Below, in pieces: positions 26,215-38,954 of a stretch of 64,000 bases of DNA. This stretch comes from Octopus sinensis (Eukaryota): contig NC_043007.1 of assembly GCF_006345805.1 (NCBI RefSeq), forward strand, positions 30,318,001 through 30,382,000. The letters are read 5' to 3'. Below the pieces are notes generated by a model. It was not told where the DNA came from. It saw nothing but the letters and a program-made list of their open reading frames with translations, and made no database searches. Position numbers and translations under genes: made by a program. The stretch's first letter is position 1. Each line of letters starts with the position of its first letter.

Positions 26215-26436
26215 GGCGGCGAGCTGGCAGAATCGTCAGCACGCCGGGCGAAATGCTTAGCCGTATTTCGTCTGCCGCTACGTTCTGAGTTCACATTCCG
26301 CCGAGGTAGACTTTGCTTTTCATCCTTTCGGGGTCGATTAAATAAGTGCCAGTTATACACTGGGGTCGATGTAATCAACTTAATCCCTTGGTCTGTCTTT
26401 GTTTGTCCCCTCTGTGTTTAGCCACCTGTGGGCAAG
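26215..26436 (+). mobile_element. tRNA-derived SINE family A, near full length
   Basis: ggcggcgagctggcagaatcgtcagcacgccgggcg...ctgagttcacattccgccgagg (B-box-like)...ggggtcgatgtaatc. Confidence 0.92.
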
Positions 26437-26449
26437 ACATATATCCATG

Positions 26450-26900
26450 TATATATTATATATAAGTATATATGTATGTATATAAGTATACATATCTATG
26501 TATATAAGTATAGATAAGTATATATGTGTGTATATATATATGTATGTAAATATATATAAGTATATATATATATGTATGTACATATATATAATATATATAT
26601 ATGTATGTACATATATATAAGTATATATATATGTATGTACATATATATAAGTATATATATATGTATGTACATATATATAAGTATATATATGTATGTACAT
26701 ATATATAAGTATATATATATATATGTATGTACATATATATAAGTATATATATATATATATATATATGTATATAAATATATAAGTATATATGTATATGTAT
26801 ATGTATATATATATAAGTATATATGTACAAATGTATATAAGTATATATATATATGCACGTATATATGTATATATGTATTATATATATATAATATATATAC
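26450..26900. repeat. TA-rich minisatellite (tatatataagtatatatatatgtatgtaca-like unit)
   Basis: Directly visible tandem units. Confidence 0.9.
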
Positions 26901-26981
26901 ATACACATATATACACATATTTATACATACACACACACGTACGTATATATGTATGTATGTATGCATTCATGTGTGTATGTA

Positions 26982-27025
<44 letters not shown>

Positions 27026-27047
27026 ATATATATATATATATAGATAC

Positions 27048-27078
<31 letters not shown>

Positions 27079-27733
27079 AAGAGAGAGGGAGATGATGTTG
27101 GTGCATTAAATCATTGAATAAGAAATTCAGCAAAAACGACGCCGTGTTACGAACCCCCTTGCCCCCCCCCCACACCGTAGGAAACCGAATACCTTCATTT
27201 TGAAGTTAGTTTCTCTGACGCAAACAACAGTTCAGTATTGACTCTGCGATTCAGTTCGCTGATGCACTGAACTGTAAGTGTCATGTCTCATAACTGGCGG
27301 TGAGATATCAGTTGTTTCATCGTTTAGTGTTTATTACAGAGACAGATGCTGGCAGAAGGAATAAAACATGAACTACAACGAAGTAGATGGAAGGATAAAC
27401 AGAGGGAGATGGAAGAAGAGAGATATGAAATGAAATGTTAAAACTTTAAAAAAAATGCAACACAAAACGAAATATTTCTAGACTATTCGGTAAATATAAT
27501 GGCGGTAAGAAATATGTTGATTTTTTTTAAAGATATACTCGAGGTTAGATTAAGTTTTGGAAAGGTGTGTGGATGATCGGATCAATAGGTTTTTTACCCG
27601 ATATTTGGGTGGGGTCAATTTCCCTTCTCTTTGAAATTATGAAGGGCAATGGAATTCGATTGTTATCCACCACCACGGACAACGGGAACGACATCAATGA
27701 CTACACGAATAATAGCAATAATAAAACTCCTTC

Positions 27734-27903
27734 AGGTAGCGAGCAAGCGGAATCGTTTGCAGGCCGGAAAAAATGCTTGGCGGCATTTTCATCTCTCTTC
27801 ACGTTCTGAGTTCAATTTCCGCCGAGGTTGACTTTACCTTTCATCCTTTGAAGGTCGATAAAATAAATACCAGCTGAGCACTGGGGTCGATGTAATCGAC
27901 TTA
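27734..27903 (+). mobile_element. tRNA-derived SINE family A
   Basis: cgttctgagttcaatttccgccgaggttgactttacctttcatcc...ggggtcgatgtaatcgactta. Confidence 0.85.
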
Positions 27904-28004
27904 TTCTCTCCCTTTAAATTGCTGGCCTGGTGCCAAAATTTGAAATTAGTTATAATAATCATTTTTATTATAGGCACGAGAAGTGGATATTTGGGAGAGG
28001 GGGC

Positions 28005-28150
28005 GAGTGGATTACATTTTCCCCAGTATCTGACTGGTACTTATTTTATCGACTCTAAAAGGATGAAAGACAAAGTTGTTCCTGGAGGAATATGAACTCA
28101 AAGCAGAAGGCAGAAAGAAATAACATTAACCATTTTGTCCTGCGCCACAA
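28005..28150 (-). mobile_element. Degenerate SINE family A
   Basis: ctggtacttattttatcgactctaaaaggatgaaagacaaag...ctgccagctcac. Confidence 0.75.
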
Positions 28151-28294
28151 CTATTCTGCCAGCTCACTGCATCAATTAAAATACTGATTTCAAATTTTGG
28201 CACAAGGCCAGCAATATCGGGGCAGGGGTGTAAATCGATGATGATGATGATGATGATGGCGACGATGACAGAGGCAGTGAATAAAAAAGAGGTG

Positions 28295-29185
28295 ATCATG
28301 GAATAGGGGAAAAGACAAGAAGGAAATTCAAAGAGAGCAAGTAGATTGAAGAGAATCTTTGCTTGATCACTTTCTGAAAGTCACTGAGGATGTGTGTGTA
28401 ACAAAACCCTGGGTTTGATTGAAAATGAGGCAATTAAAAAAAAAGAAACAAACGAATAGCCTTATTATAGCGATTCAAGGTCAAACGTTAAAAACAAACG
28501 ACTTCTGAGAATCGAGAGATGTCAGCAAAATGTAGTGTATGTGAAATTTAGGATGAAACAATGGCACATATCGTTGCAGGATTTCTCAAGTTGGCTCAGG
28601 GAGGATATAGGAAATGGAGGCATGGCCAAGTTGTGAAAAGTTTGCACTGGAAGCTTTGTCAGAATGGAGGATTTGAAGCTGAAAGCAAATGGTTTGATCG
28701 TCAGGTCGAAAGAGCGTTTTGATTCGAAGAAATGCAAGATTTTATGGGATTTCCCTATTCAAACGGATAAGAAGCTAGAAAATAATAAACCAGGCATAAC
28801 AATAATAGGCAAGAAAACGTGGAGTTGCTTACTAAACGATCCACCATGTCCGTTTGATTCCAGGATTTTAAAGAAAGTTGAAGAAAAGAAAAAAAACAAC
28901 TCAAACCTTTAAAACTTGCAATAGCGAGAATTTGGATTATTAAAATGGTAAAGGTTGTCTTGTAATAACCGGTGCATTAGGGACTGTGAATAGTGGTTTG
29001 GACAAATGATTGAAGGAGGCAGGAATAGAATGTTCTGTAGAGCTTCTGAAGAAAGTTTGTCTTTTCGAGACAGGAAGGATTATCAGGAGGTTTTTAAGCA
29101 CTTGAAAGATTATTTAAAGCCAGTGGACATCTATAGGTTACACGTAATAACCCGCCACCCACATTAATTCTAGCAGGAATGAGAA
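28295..29185 (+). mobile_element. R4/Dong-clade LINE 3' fragment (CCHC region plus restriction-like endonuclease), degraded
   Basis: TNSLIIAIQGQTLKTN; CSVCEI*DETMAHIVAG..LAQGGYRKWRHGQVVKSLHWKLC; KCKILWDFPIQTDKKLENNKP..TII..C.L.D..CPFD. Confidence 0.88.
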
Positions 29186-29504
29186 TAAACCTCATTGTGT
29201 CACCCTTAATATAGTGTATTGCTTTAATTATCGACCCCGATTAATGACAGACAAGATTTTTTGCTAATTCGTCTCAACCTGTTTATTCGACCTGCTACAA
29301 GTAGCAGTCAGATCTGTTACTAATCACACTATGACAAGGAAAAAAGAACTATGGACAACGTAGTTGTACATATACATTTATAAAAATATGGGATGGAGAG
29401 AAATTTTTTATCATTGTGTCTCCATAATCAAAAAATTGATCGATAATAGCGTAGTGGATTATATTGAACTCGAAGAGCTGAAATACAAATTGAACCTCGA
29501 CAGA

Positions 29505-29575
29505 ATTTGAACTCAAAACGTAATAAGTTGGAAGAAATATCTGCAGGAATTTTGTCCAGCGATCTAACGATTCCA
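29505..29575 (-). mobile_element. SINE family A fragment
   Basis: acctcgacagaatttgaactcaaaacgtaa...ctaacgattccacc. Confidence 0.65.
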
Positions 29576-31564
29576 CCATCACACCATTTTCATCAGAAGC
29601 TCCAACCATTAATAACTAATCTAACCTAACCTTACTTAACGTATCTTATCTGTCCATGCATGCTGTAACTACTTCTCCGTGGCATTCTGTATCGATAATG
29701 GCGAAAAAGTGAATGGTGAACGACGGGAAGCCTGGGGAAGAAATTGTGGGTGACGTGTGGTTGGACGGTAGGCATGGAATGATGGAGAGTTTGTGGACGA
29801 ATGGTGGCGATGTGCATTGGTGGTGGTGGTGGTCGTGGTGTAATGGAGAGCTGACGACGGAACGGTGGACGGCAAAGAGGCGGCTATTTTCCAGCTCGTT
29901 TGCTGGTTGTCATTCCATTGAACAAGAAAATTAATGGACATATGTAAAGTGTCTGCAAGAAACGTTTCTAATACTGCAGTGGGTTTGTAGACACAGTCGC
30001 TGCGCTTGTTTACTGATGTCTATGTACTTTTGGTCTCTACTCTGATATATCAGCGCTTCAGACTTAATATCTCGGTATGTATCGGCCAGACATTGTAACA
30101 GCCTTTTATTTTTCGTATTTTTAATGCATCCTCCACAAATGTGTATACTTTTATATGTGCTTAGCCATGTGTATTGGTATTTATCTAAAATTAAAAACTG
30201 TAGTTTTACTCATACAAATACGTGTACTTGCACACATAGACACACATATATGTATCCAAACACCTACACACTCGTACATAAATATAAATAGATAAATGAA
30301 TATATATACACACATATATATATACATGCATATGCATGTAATATATATACATATATTTATATAATATATATGTATATATATATTATACGCATATGCATGT
30401 ATATATATATAATTGCATGTATATATATATATATATATTATATATATATATATATATGTATATGTATATATATAATCAAGAGTTTCAAGTAAAATGTGCG
30501 TATATGTGTTAGTTGTATGTCCCATGCGGACGAGAATATATACATACAGTATAAATTAGGAACTTAGGAATTCAGGTCTTCACCAAAATATGTGCGTATA
30601 CGTACGTGTGTATGTATATGCATGTATGTATAATTGTATGTATTCATATATTTATGTGATTATCTTTGAATGGTCTCGATCACTTTTCATGAGAGTATGT
30701 AGGATATAACGGCGCTGGTGTATATAGCATTTGTTGAAATCTATGACCTTATGCTTCGACCATGGAATATCTGATTTAAAGAATTTCTTGTGATTAAGAG
30801 GAATTTGCGAAAAAAAAAAGAGAGTTACCGATCTGACTGTGTAACTACACAGTAATGCCGTATCAGATGGCACTGTTTAAATATGTAAACCTGTGTACAC
30901 ATACTCCAAACATCTCATCATATCTCTTTCTCTCGAACTCTTTCCACACACACACATACACACACACACACACACACGGTCATGCTACCGTAGGCTTAAT
31001 CTTTGTATGTATATATAATACACATGCATACCCATATATATATACATATGCACATATACATATATATACATATTCATACATATAAATATGTATACGTACA
31101 CACGTATATATATATATACACACACATACATATATATATATATGTATATTAGATATATGTACGCATACACATAATATATTTGCACATGCGTACATTGGTG
31201 CGCATGCGCGTGTATCTGTTTGGCGATTTTAAATATAACTGCATATAACAGTGAATATTTATATATATTTATTCATCTCTCTTCTCTCTATGTGTCCTTC
31301 CTAATTGTGAGTTCAAACCCACCCGAGATCAAATACATTTTTTCATTTTTCAAAGGACAATGAATAGAGTAGGAGACGACTCTTGTACTGTGGTCGAGTC
31401 TTCACTTTCTTTTTCCGTGGGTTTATCTGCTTTTCTACAAGAACTGGGCGGTGTTCAGACATAGCGAAGAATCGTTCCTGTAAGACCTACAAAGGGCCAA
31501 CGCTTTCTGTATATTACCATGGTTCTCCTACCACACCATCTAGAATTGAGGGTCCAAGGCAAGG

Positions 31565-31596
<32 letters not shown>

Positions 31597-31821
31597 CACA
31601 CACACACACACAGAGAAGGGGGTGGGAGTGAGAGAGTCAACAGATGAGATTCGGAGATTCTCTTTGTACACTTGCGCTCAAATGATTTCAACTTATACTC
31701 CGAGGTCTTCACCAGATACCACGTCCGCGGGGTGAAGACTGGCTACAAGAAGGACCTAGGTGAGCAGATATGGAGACAGTTACGAGAATAAACGAATAAA
31801 ACTGCTTGTGTTAGATATACA

Positions 31822-31880
31822 AAGTACATAGGGTATGGGTACAAGTACATAGGGTATGGGTACGAGTACATAGGGTATGG
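31822..31880. repeat. 21-bp tandem repeat (aagtacatagggtatgggtac) x~2.8
   Basis: Directly visible; runs into the left arm of the fold-back. Confidence 0.9.
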
Positions 31881-32234
31881 TGTTACAAGTCCGATAGCTG
31901 TTTCTGGGGATTCGGAGATCCTTCATAATGGTCGCAGATGTAATCCACCAGAATATGCAACCAGTAATGGAAGCAAATAAATGCTGGAGGAATCCAACCT
32001 TCTTCTTCGGGTAGAAAAAGACATTTCAGATCAAGATGGAGGGAAGTTTAAAACTTCTTCCCATCATGATCTAAAATGTCTGAGATTCTTTCTACCGTAG
32101 AGACGGAGGCTGGATTCATCTAATGTTTATTTGCTTCCATTACTGGATGCATATTCTGGTAAGCTACATCTACCAAACACTATAGCAGATTTTCGAAGTC
32201 CCAGAAAAAGCTGTCGGACTTATAACACCATACC
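31874..32234. repeat. Long spacer-less palindrome / fold-back (~180-bp arms)
   Basis: ggtatggtgttacaagtccgatagc...gaagttt | aaaacttc...gctgtcggacttataacaccatacc; arms align throughout with mostly transition mismatches. Confidence 0.9.
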
Positions 32235-32457
32235 TTCTCTCCTTTAAATTTATCGTTTATACTCTTGTGTAAGTTTGCTCTCTAAATGTATAAATATCTA
32301 TCTGTATTCATATTTGAATTTTCATCGCCTGAAAAATTTCAGTCTTTGTTTTTTCTCTATTTACATGCAAACATTTTAAAATCTTTTATACTTTTCAGCC
32401 CTAAGGCTATCAAACACAGGTAGTTTTATTTGTTTACCCACGTAAATCTCTCTCTGC

Positions 32458-32544
<87 letters not shown>

Positions 32545-32684
32545 ACGTGTGTGTGTGTGTGTACATATGTATACGCATATGCATATATATATATGTACAT
32601 ATGTATATATATATGTGTGTGTGATAAACTTCATTAGCTTACAGGTGTTTCTAGTCACAGTGCCAGCAAGTTTGGAGGAGGTAT

Positions 32685-33045
32685 AAGTCGATTAGATCAA
32701 CCGCAGTACACAACTGGTACTTATCTTATCGACCCCAAAAGGATGAAATGCAAAGTTGGCCTCTGCGGAATTTGAATTCAGAGCGTAAAGACTGACGAAA
32801 TGAGACTAAGTATTAATATATTGTCCGGCGTTCTACCGATTCTGAAATGGTTCTAAATTTTGGCAGAAGGCCAGAAACTTAGAAGGAGGGAATAAGTTGA
32901 TTACATCGACTTGTACTTATTTCATTGACCCAGAAAGGATGAAAGGCGAAGTTGACCTCGGTGGAATTTGAACGCGGAACGTAAAGGCGGACGAAATGCT
33001 GCTACTTTGACCGGCGTGGTAGCGTTTCTACCAGCTTGTCACCTC
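32685..33045 (-). mobile_element. Two tandem SINE family A copies (32685-32845 and 32895-33045)
   Basis: Both carry tatc/ttgacccc..aaaggatgaaa.gc.aagt...ggaatttgaa. Confidence 0.82.
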
Positions 33046-33067
33046 AATAATAATAATAAGAAGAAGA

Positions 33068-33191
33068 ATTATCAAAAGTGTTCTAAACACTTGAAAGACT
33101 ACTGAAAACTTGAGGATACCTAAGATTACAGTTTGTAACCGTCCACCCACATAAACCATACCAGGAACAAGACCGAAGCTGGGCCTAACCA
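33068..33191 (+). mobile_element. Very short R4/Dong 3'-end fragment within a TAA repeat
   Basis: attatcaaaagtgttctaaacacttgaaagact...ccacccacat aligns with the 3' end of the 28295-29185 copy (attatcaggaggtttttaagcacttgaaagatt...ccacccacat); AAT repeats on both sides. Confidence 0.7.
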
Positions 33192-33640
33192 AAATAATAA
33201 TAACAATAACAATATATGACTGTGTGGGTGTATGAATATATGTATACACACTCACACATGCTCAGAAGTAGTGTTAAAGCGATAAATCCATAAATACACC
33301 CCACCCCACCCTATTTCACACACTAATTGCCACGTCTTTGAATATAACAGTTTCATTTAAAATCATTTATGAAACCAGAATACTAACAAATTAGAAACAA
33401 TGGTATCACTGCAACTTCAGAAATATTGCGAATAACTTTCTGGTCTTCAGTCCGAAGTTTAATCAATTCCTGACCTACGAAACCCACGCTTCTATTAGCA
33501 ACACAGTAATTTGTTAAATATGGTTTATTAATTTCAATGAATAGGAAATGGAATGTTGTATGTATTTAAATATGTTCTGACTCTCTGCATGGCTATGGCG
33601 ACAGTCATCAATCTATGCTCAAATCGAAAGCAATGTATAT

Positions 33641-34058
33641 AGGCGCAGGAGTGGCTGTGTGGTAAGTAGCTTGCTAACCAACCACATGGTTCCGGGTTCA
33701 GTCCCACTGCGTGGCATCTTGGGCAAGTGTCTTCTGCTATAGTTCCGGGCCGACCAATGCCTCGTGAGTGGATTTGGTAGACGGAAACTGAAAGAAGCCT
33801 GTCGTATATATGTATATGCATATATATGCATGTGTGTGTTTGTGTGTCTGTGTTTGTCCCCCTAGCATTACTTGACAACCGATGCTGGTGTGTTTACGTC
33901 CCCGTCACTTAGCGGTTCGGCAAAAGAGACCGATAGAATAAGTACTGGGCTTACAAAAAAATAAGTCCCGGGGTCGATTTGCTCGACTAAAGGCGGTGCT
34001 CCAGCATGACCGCAGTCAAATGCCTGAAACAAGTAAAAGAGTAAAAGAGTAAAGAGAG
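33641..34058 (+). mobile_element. tRNA-derived SINE family B, full length
   Basis: A-box tggctgtgtgg, B-box ggttcagtccc, internal TA/TG tract, 3' cagcatgaccgcagtcaaatgcctgaaacaagtaaaagag tail. Confidence 0.93.
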
Positions 34059-34195
34059 AGTTTATATAACCATCGAGGATATATTAAACATAAATATATC
34101 GTTAGTTTGTTGTACCAATATATGTTGCTCTCCTTGTGGTTGTTCCATTCATTGTTGTTAACGTCGTTGCTGTCTTTATAGTTGTGTATCATAAG

Positions 34196-34305
34196 GTGGC
34201 CTCCTGGCGGCAGAGTTGTTAGCACGCCGGACAAAATGTTCAGGGGTATTCCTCCTGGTTTTATGTTCTTAGTTCAAATTCCGCCGTGGCCGACTTTGCC
34301 TTTTG
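34196..34305 (+). mobile_element. SINE family A head
   Basis: ctggcggcagagttgttagcacgccggac...agttcaaattccgccgtggccgactttgcc. Confidence 0.8.
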
Positions 34306-35639
34306 AGCAATTTCTAACCATCCCCACCCACGGAAAATTTCAGGTCTTGTACCTACAATAGAAAGGATTTAGTTTTGATCTTGGTGTTTAACCACAGGCC
34401 AGCACAAGTTGCATAGAATTTTGACGCAGGTGCTCCAGACATGACCATTTGGTCGTTCTGTGTATTAAAAAATTCTTTGTCTAACGTTATTCCTGTTTAC
34501 TTAAGACGTTATGGTAAAGTTCGAAAGAGATTAGGCTGGTATTTCAAACAGGTCACTGTATTGGCTACCGAAGTTTCAGATAAACAGTGCCAGAATATAA
34601 ATCGGTTTTGTTATGATTAAAATCTGTTTGATCAAAGTTAAGCTGGTTCAGTGCTGACTCGGGGCTAAATAATAACCCAAAACTTAACTAGAATTAAACA
34701 GGATATACACTTCCAGCTCCGATAGGTATTTATTTCCCGGGTAATCGCCTCTGGATATAGTAGGGTTTTATATAGCAGTTTATATTCGTTTCTGTCCACA
34801 TTTAAACTAGGAATCATCAGATCCCTGCCAACGAAAGGAGCAAGATCTCTCCTTTGATTAAATTCAATTCACTGAATTTTCTATCCAATAACGGCGAGAA
34901 TTTTCTGATGGTAGATCGGCTTGGCACTAAGAAGTGTGCAATTATGGCTTCATGCCCTGGATTTTAATACGGTACTCACCAAAATAATCATTTCAATAGG
35001 AAATCATAAATAAAGTTGTTTTCATTTGTTTCATTCTTTTTATTTTCCCAAGTCCCATTTTGTTCCAAACGAAACCTTTCTCTTCCACTATTGTACTACC
35101 TTCGAAAATGGCAACATTCCAAGCGTTGCTACTCAATTCTGTCAACGTTCAACGATGCTATGTTTGTGGTATGGCAAGATTACGACGATGGAACTAGAAA
35201 ACAAAATAGAATAAAGTAAAAAATATTAAAATACTACTACAGATGTCATTAAAATATGTGAAGTTTGGCTGTTTTACCAATTCCAGTCCTCTAGATCAAA
35301 GCTGAAAGCATTGTTCAGCACTTAAAAGGAAATATTTATCCGAAAGCGAGTCATAATCAGTTTTTTTTTCATAGACTCAATACCCTTTCTTAAATTTATT
35401 GCCTATTTTAAATTTATTACGATTTCTATATTATCATTATTATTATTATTATTATTATTGTTATTGTTATTGTTGTTGTTGTTGTTGTTTAGCTCCAGGT
35501 TAGTCTTGATTATCCAGACCTTAGATCAAAGAAGTTCCAACCGTTTATAACCAGTTTTCTAAGAGCATATGCACGACATTTGTTTAATGTGTTCTTCGCT
35601 AATCTAAGTACATCAAGAGACCGCGTAGATGCCTCCTCA

Positions 35640-35966
35640 TTGGATATACATACGTACATACATATATATATGTGCATGTATATATATGTGCATGTATATA
35701 TATGTGCATATATATATATACGTGCATATATATATATATACGTGCATATATATATATACACGTGCATATATATATATATACATGCACATATATATATATA
35801 TACATGCACATATATATATATATACATGCACATATATATATATATATTATATATATATATATATATATACATGCATATATATATATACATGCATATATAT
35901 ATATATACAAGCATGCATACATACATACATGAATACGCACATGACTACATACATACATAAATACAC

Positions 35967-36037
<71 letters not shown>

Positions 36038-36045
36038 ATAACGAT
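35640..36045. repeat. TA-rich minisatellite plus (CT)n/(TA)n
   Basis: Directly visible; source of the many low-complexity ORFs here. Confidence 0.92.
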
Positions 36046-36339
36046 ATATACATATACATATATTGGACGGCTGAATTCTATTTTTTTTTCATTCTCTCTG
36101 TTTATTTCATTTTATTTCTTTCTGTTGAAGAGCGCACGATAGAAAAGCAAAAAAAAAGTGTTTCGTACCCTAATGAATATTGTTTTATGAAACTCAGCTT
36201 GTTTCTCAATTCGTCGGGAGAGGTTCAATTTGCAGAGAACGTTAATCCGTACCTTGCTTTATGTTGCAGAGAAAATGTATGTATTACGTATTATAGCTTA
36301 AAAAATATCGATAGGTTTCCGGTGTTATTGGTCCTGGAC

Positions 36340-36475
36340 ATGTCTAACTGTATTAAGGAGTTTTTTCTTGACCGAGGTGTATCTATTTATCGTTGGTCTG
36401 TCTGGTATTTTGGGAAGGAATTTGTCCTAGGCACCATTTGAATGTTTTGGGGCCATTTTCATTTTTGGTTTCTCT
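36340..36475 (-). mobile_element. CR1/L2-group LINE ORF2 C-terminal remnant
   Basis: Minus strand TFKWCL / [12 protein letters not shown] matches FKxxLDxFLxxIPDxP. Confidence 0.55.
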
Positions 36476-36561
36476 CAGAATAATTAATTTTTACGAACGC
36501 ACAACCTGTAAAACAGTTCAGCTAAAAAGAAAAACTGTACCACAATATTGTATGATGTGTG

Positions 36562-36594
<33 letters not shown>

Positions 36595-36757
36595 ATATAA
36601 TATATATAAGTAGACAAATGAATTATCTTATTACGGATAATTCGAAAGATAACCGATACCTGGGTAGCAATTAGGGACTTTGCAGACTTCGAAACATATG
36701 TCGAAAATAAAAGAAAGGAATTTTGTTAAATCTTCGTTCAGCTTCATTCTTTCCTAT

Positions 36758-36800
<43 letters not shown>

Positions 36801-36803
<3 letters not shown>

Positions 36804-36997
36804 AACGAGAAGCTTTATGAAAATAAACAAAAGACGAAGGCAGGTGGAAAACAAACGAACAATTGTATTAGTATGGCGCCCAGGAAATATAAATAAAACA
36901 AGTCTTTAACGTTTCGAGCCTACGCTCTTCAACAGAAAGATACACAGAGAGAGAAAAACACAGAAAGAAGGAGAGAAAAAAAAATGCGTGCAGTAGC

Positions 36998-36999
<2 letters not shown>
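36801..36999 (-). mobile_element. Short Penelope-terminus-like repeat with variant hammerhead-like motif (young copy)
   Basis: Differs from 40309-40506 by 2 substitutions and 1 poly-A indel; motif at 36903-36940. Confidence 0.75.
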
Positions 37000-37034
<35 letters not shown>

Positions 37035-37055
<21 letters not shown>

Positions 37056-37380
37056 GATAATATTAGGGAATAAATCCAAACTTACAGGGAAAAATTAGAT
37101 TTAGGATTAAATCCAATTTTATAGTATAAATATATTATATTATATTATATTAAATTAGAGATAAAATTAGAGATAAAATCAAACAGTGAAAAACATAAGC
37201 CAATACATAAAATTAATTTAAAAATATAAAAGTTAAAAATTAAAAAATTATTAAAATAATTTAAATAAAGGCCAGTTTATGGTATTACCTTACGTTTCTC
37301 ATCCATAAAGGGTTTAGCTTTATAGCGTGTGGTCGGATCCCCAAAACCTGTTGGCCCATGACCTCTTAAAATATATATAT
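37035..37380. mobile_element. AT-rich dispersed repeat (attagagataaaa...aatcaaacagtgaaaaacataa family)
   Basis: Same motif at ~7275-7345 and, inverted, at ~42255-42290. Confidence 0.6.
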
Positions 37381-38352
37381 ATATATTTGTGTGTGTACGT
37401 ATTATATCCGACATAAACTGAATAATCAAAATCCTATATAAGAAATATATATATCTATATTATCATGTGAAGAAGATGTTTTGATATTCATGAGTCTCTA
37501 AACAAGTGTATGTTAACAAAGACCATATTCTCTATAAAAATATTTTGCCAATTTTTCAATAAAATTGGATTTGTAAAATATTGCAGATGTAAATCAAATC
37601 GCAAGATTTAAATTTTGTACATGAAATCTTTTGGCAAAAGCTTTTAGATAAAACCTCTTGCCAAAACCATTGTGATTTGAGTATAGCGGAGAGGGACGTT
37701 TAAAATGGAAGGTCATACTAAGTAATAATTCATAGCTAAATTGACATCTTTATGGATATTTTGGCTGAAATAATGTAGCAGAAATATGATTATATATTCT
37801 CTGAAATATGAAGTGATCACAACATTACATTGAAAGAAAAAAAAAACACACCAGAAAAACGATTAGAAATGGCTAGTATTTTCTATGGGAACAGGTTCAA
37901 ACTTAAGTTGGATCTAAGTTTTTAAGAAACTATTAGCTGTAAACATCGATTTCAACTTTTTTCTCTTATTTCTGAAAACAGTTACCATCGTATTCTCCAA
38001 TTGCCATTAGGTGTCCTTCTCAACTAAATTTCACATTTTTACATGGCTATAAATTTAATAGGGCATACTACAAAAGATGTTAAGTTTTAAAATCTCCATT
38101 TTCTCAAAACAAAAATTAGTTTTCCTGCAGTTTGAATCTACTGTAAAGAAAATCTCACATGTTTGAAATTCTTTGACTATTTTTCTCTCTTTGAAATCTT
38201 AACTAATAAAATGAATGGCGAAGTTTTCAAATAGATCACAATCAGTCTTGTGAAGCTCCCAAAGTCTTATCGCTTTCTAGTCATACAAAAGCTTTGTTCT
38301 GTTACTTTTACTTGTCTACAGAAATGCAAAACCCTATGTGTGTGTGTTAGTT

Positions 38353-38402
<50 letters not shown>

Positions 38403-38866
38403 GTGTGTGTATGTTTGTGACCGATGTAGATCAGTTAAAGATCTAAACATCAGCGAGAGCCCGCACCCACCAAAAACAAAAAAAAATCACCTTTGAACGA
38501 AGTACTGTGCCGTATTAGTTCTGCACCTGGTTGCAGACTCTCCCTGTACAATCTCATGAATACGTTGAAATGGTGATTGTCTCCATAAGATCCGGAGCCA
38601 ATATCATTACAGATACTTCCGTCAATCACGTTATGTTTTTTACAATTACATTATCTAATGTGTCCTTTTCCTGTCACTTTAAACGCCCGTGTTGTATTAC
38701 GTGAAGATATTTCGCTACTGTCCCTGCCACTTCCCCTCCTCAATCTTTCAGTCATACTGTAACATCTTTTATCCTTCACTCGCCTTAGGACGCTGGGTGT
38801 GTCTCAGCAAGTGATTTTAACAAATATGCAGATTAACAGTAAATATAATAATAATGATAATATACA

Positions 38867-38954
<88 letters not shown>

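Noticed and set aside
26215-26300. SINE heads as tRNA genes
   Set aside because: A/B boxes are present but there is no complete cloverleaf and they continue into SINE bodies.
34775-34825. Minus-strand CUGAUGA...GAAAC
   Set aside because: Stem II is only 3 bp with a bulge; stems I and III do not pair.
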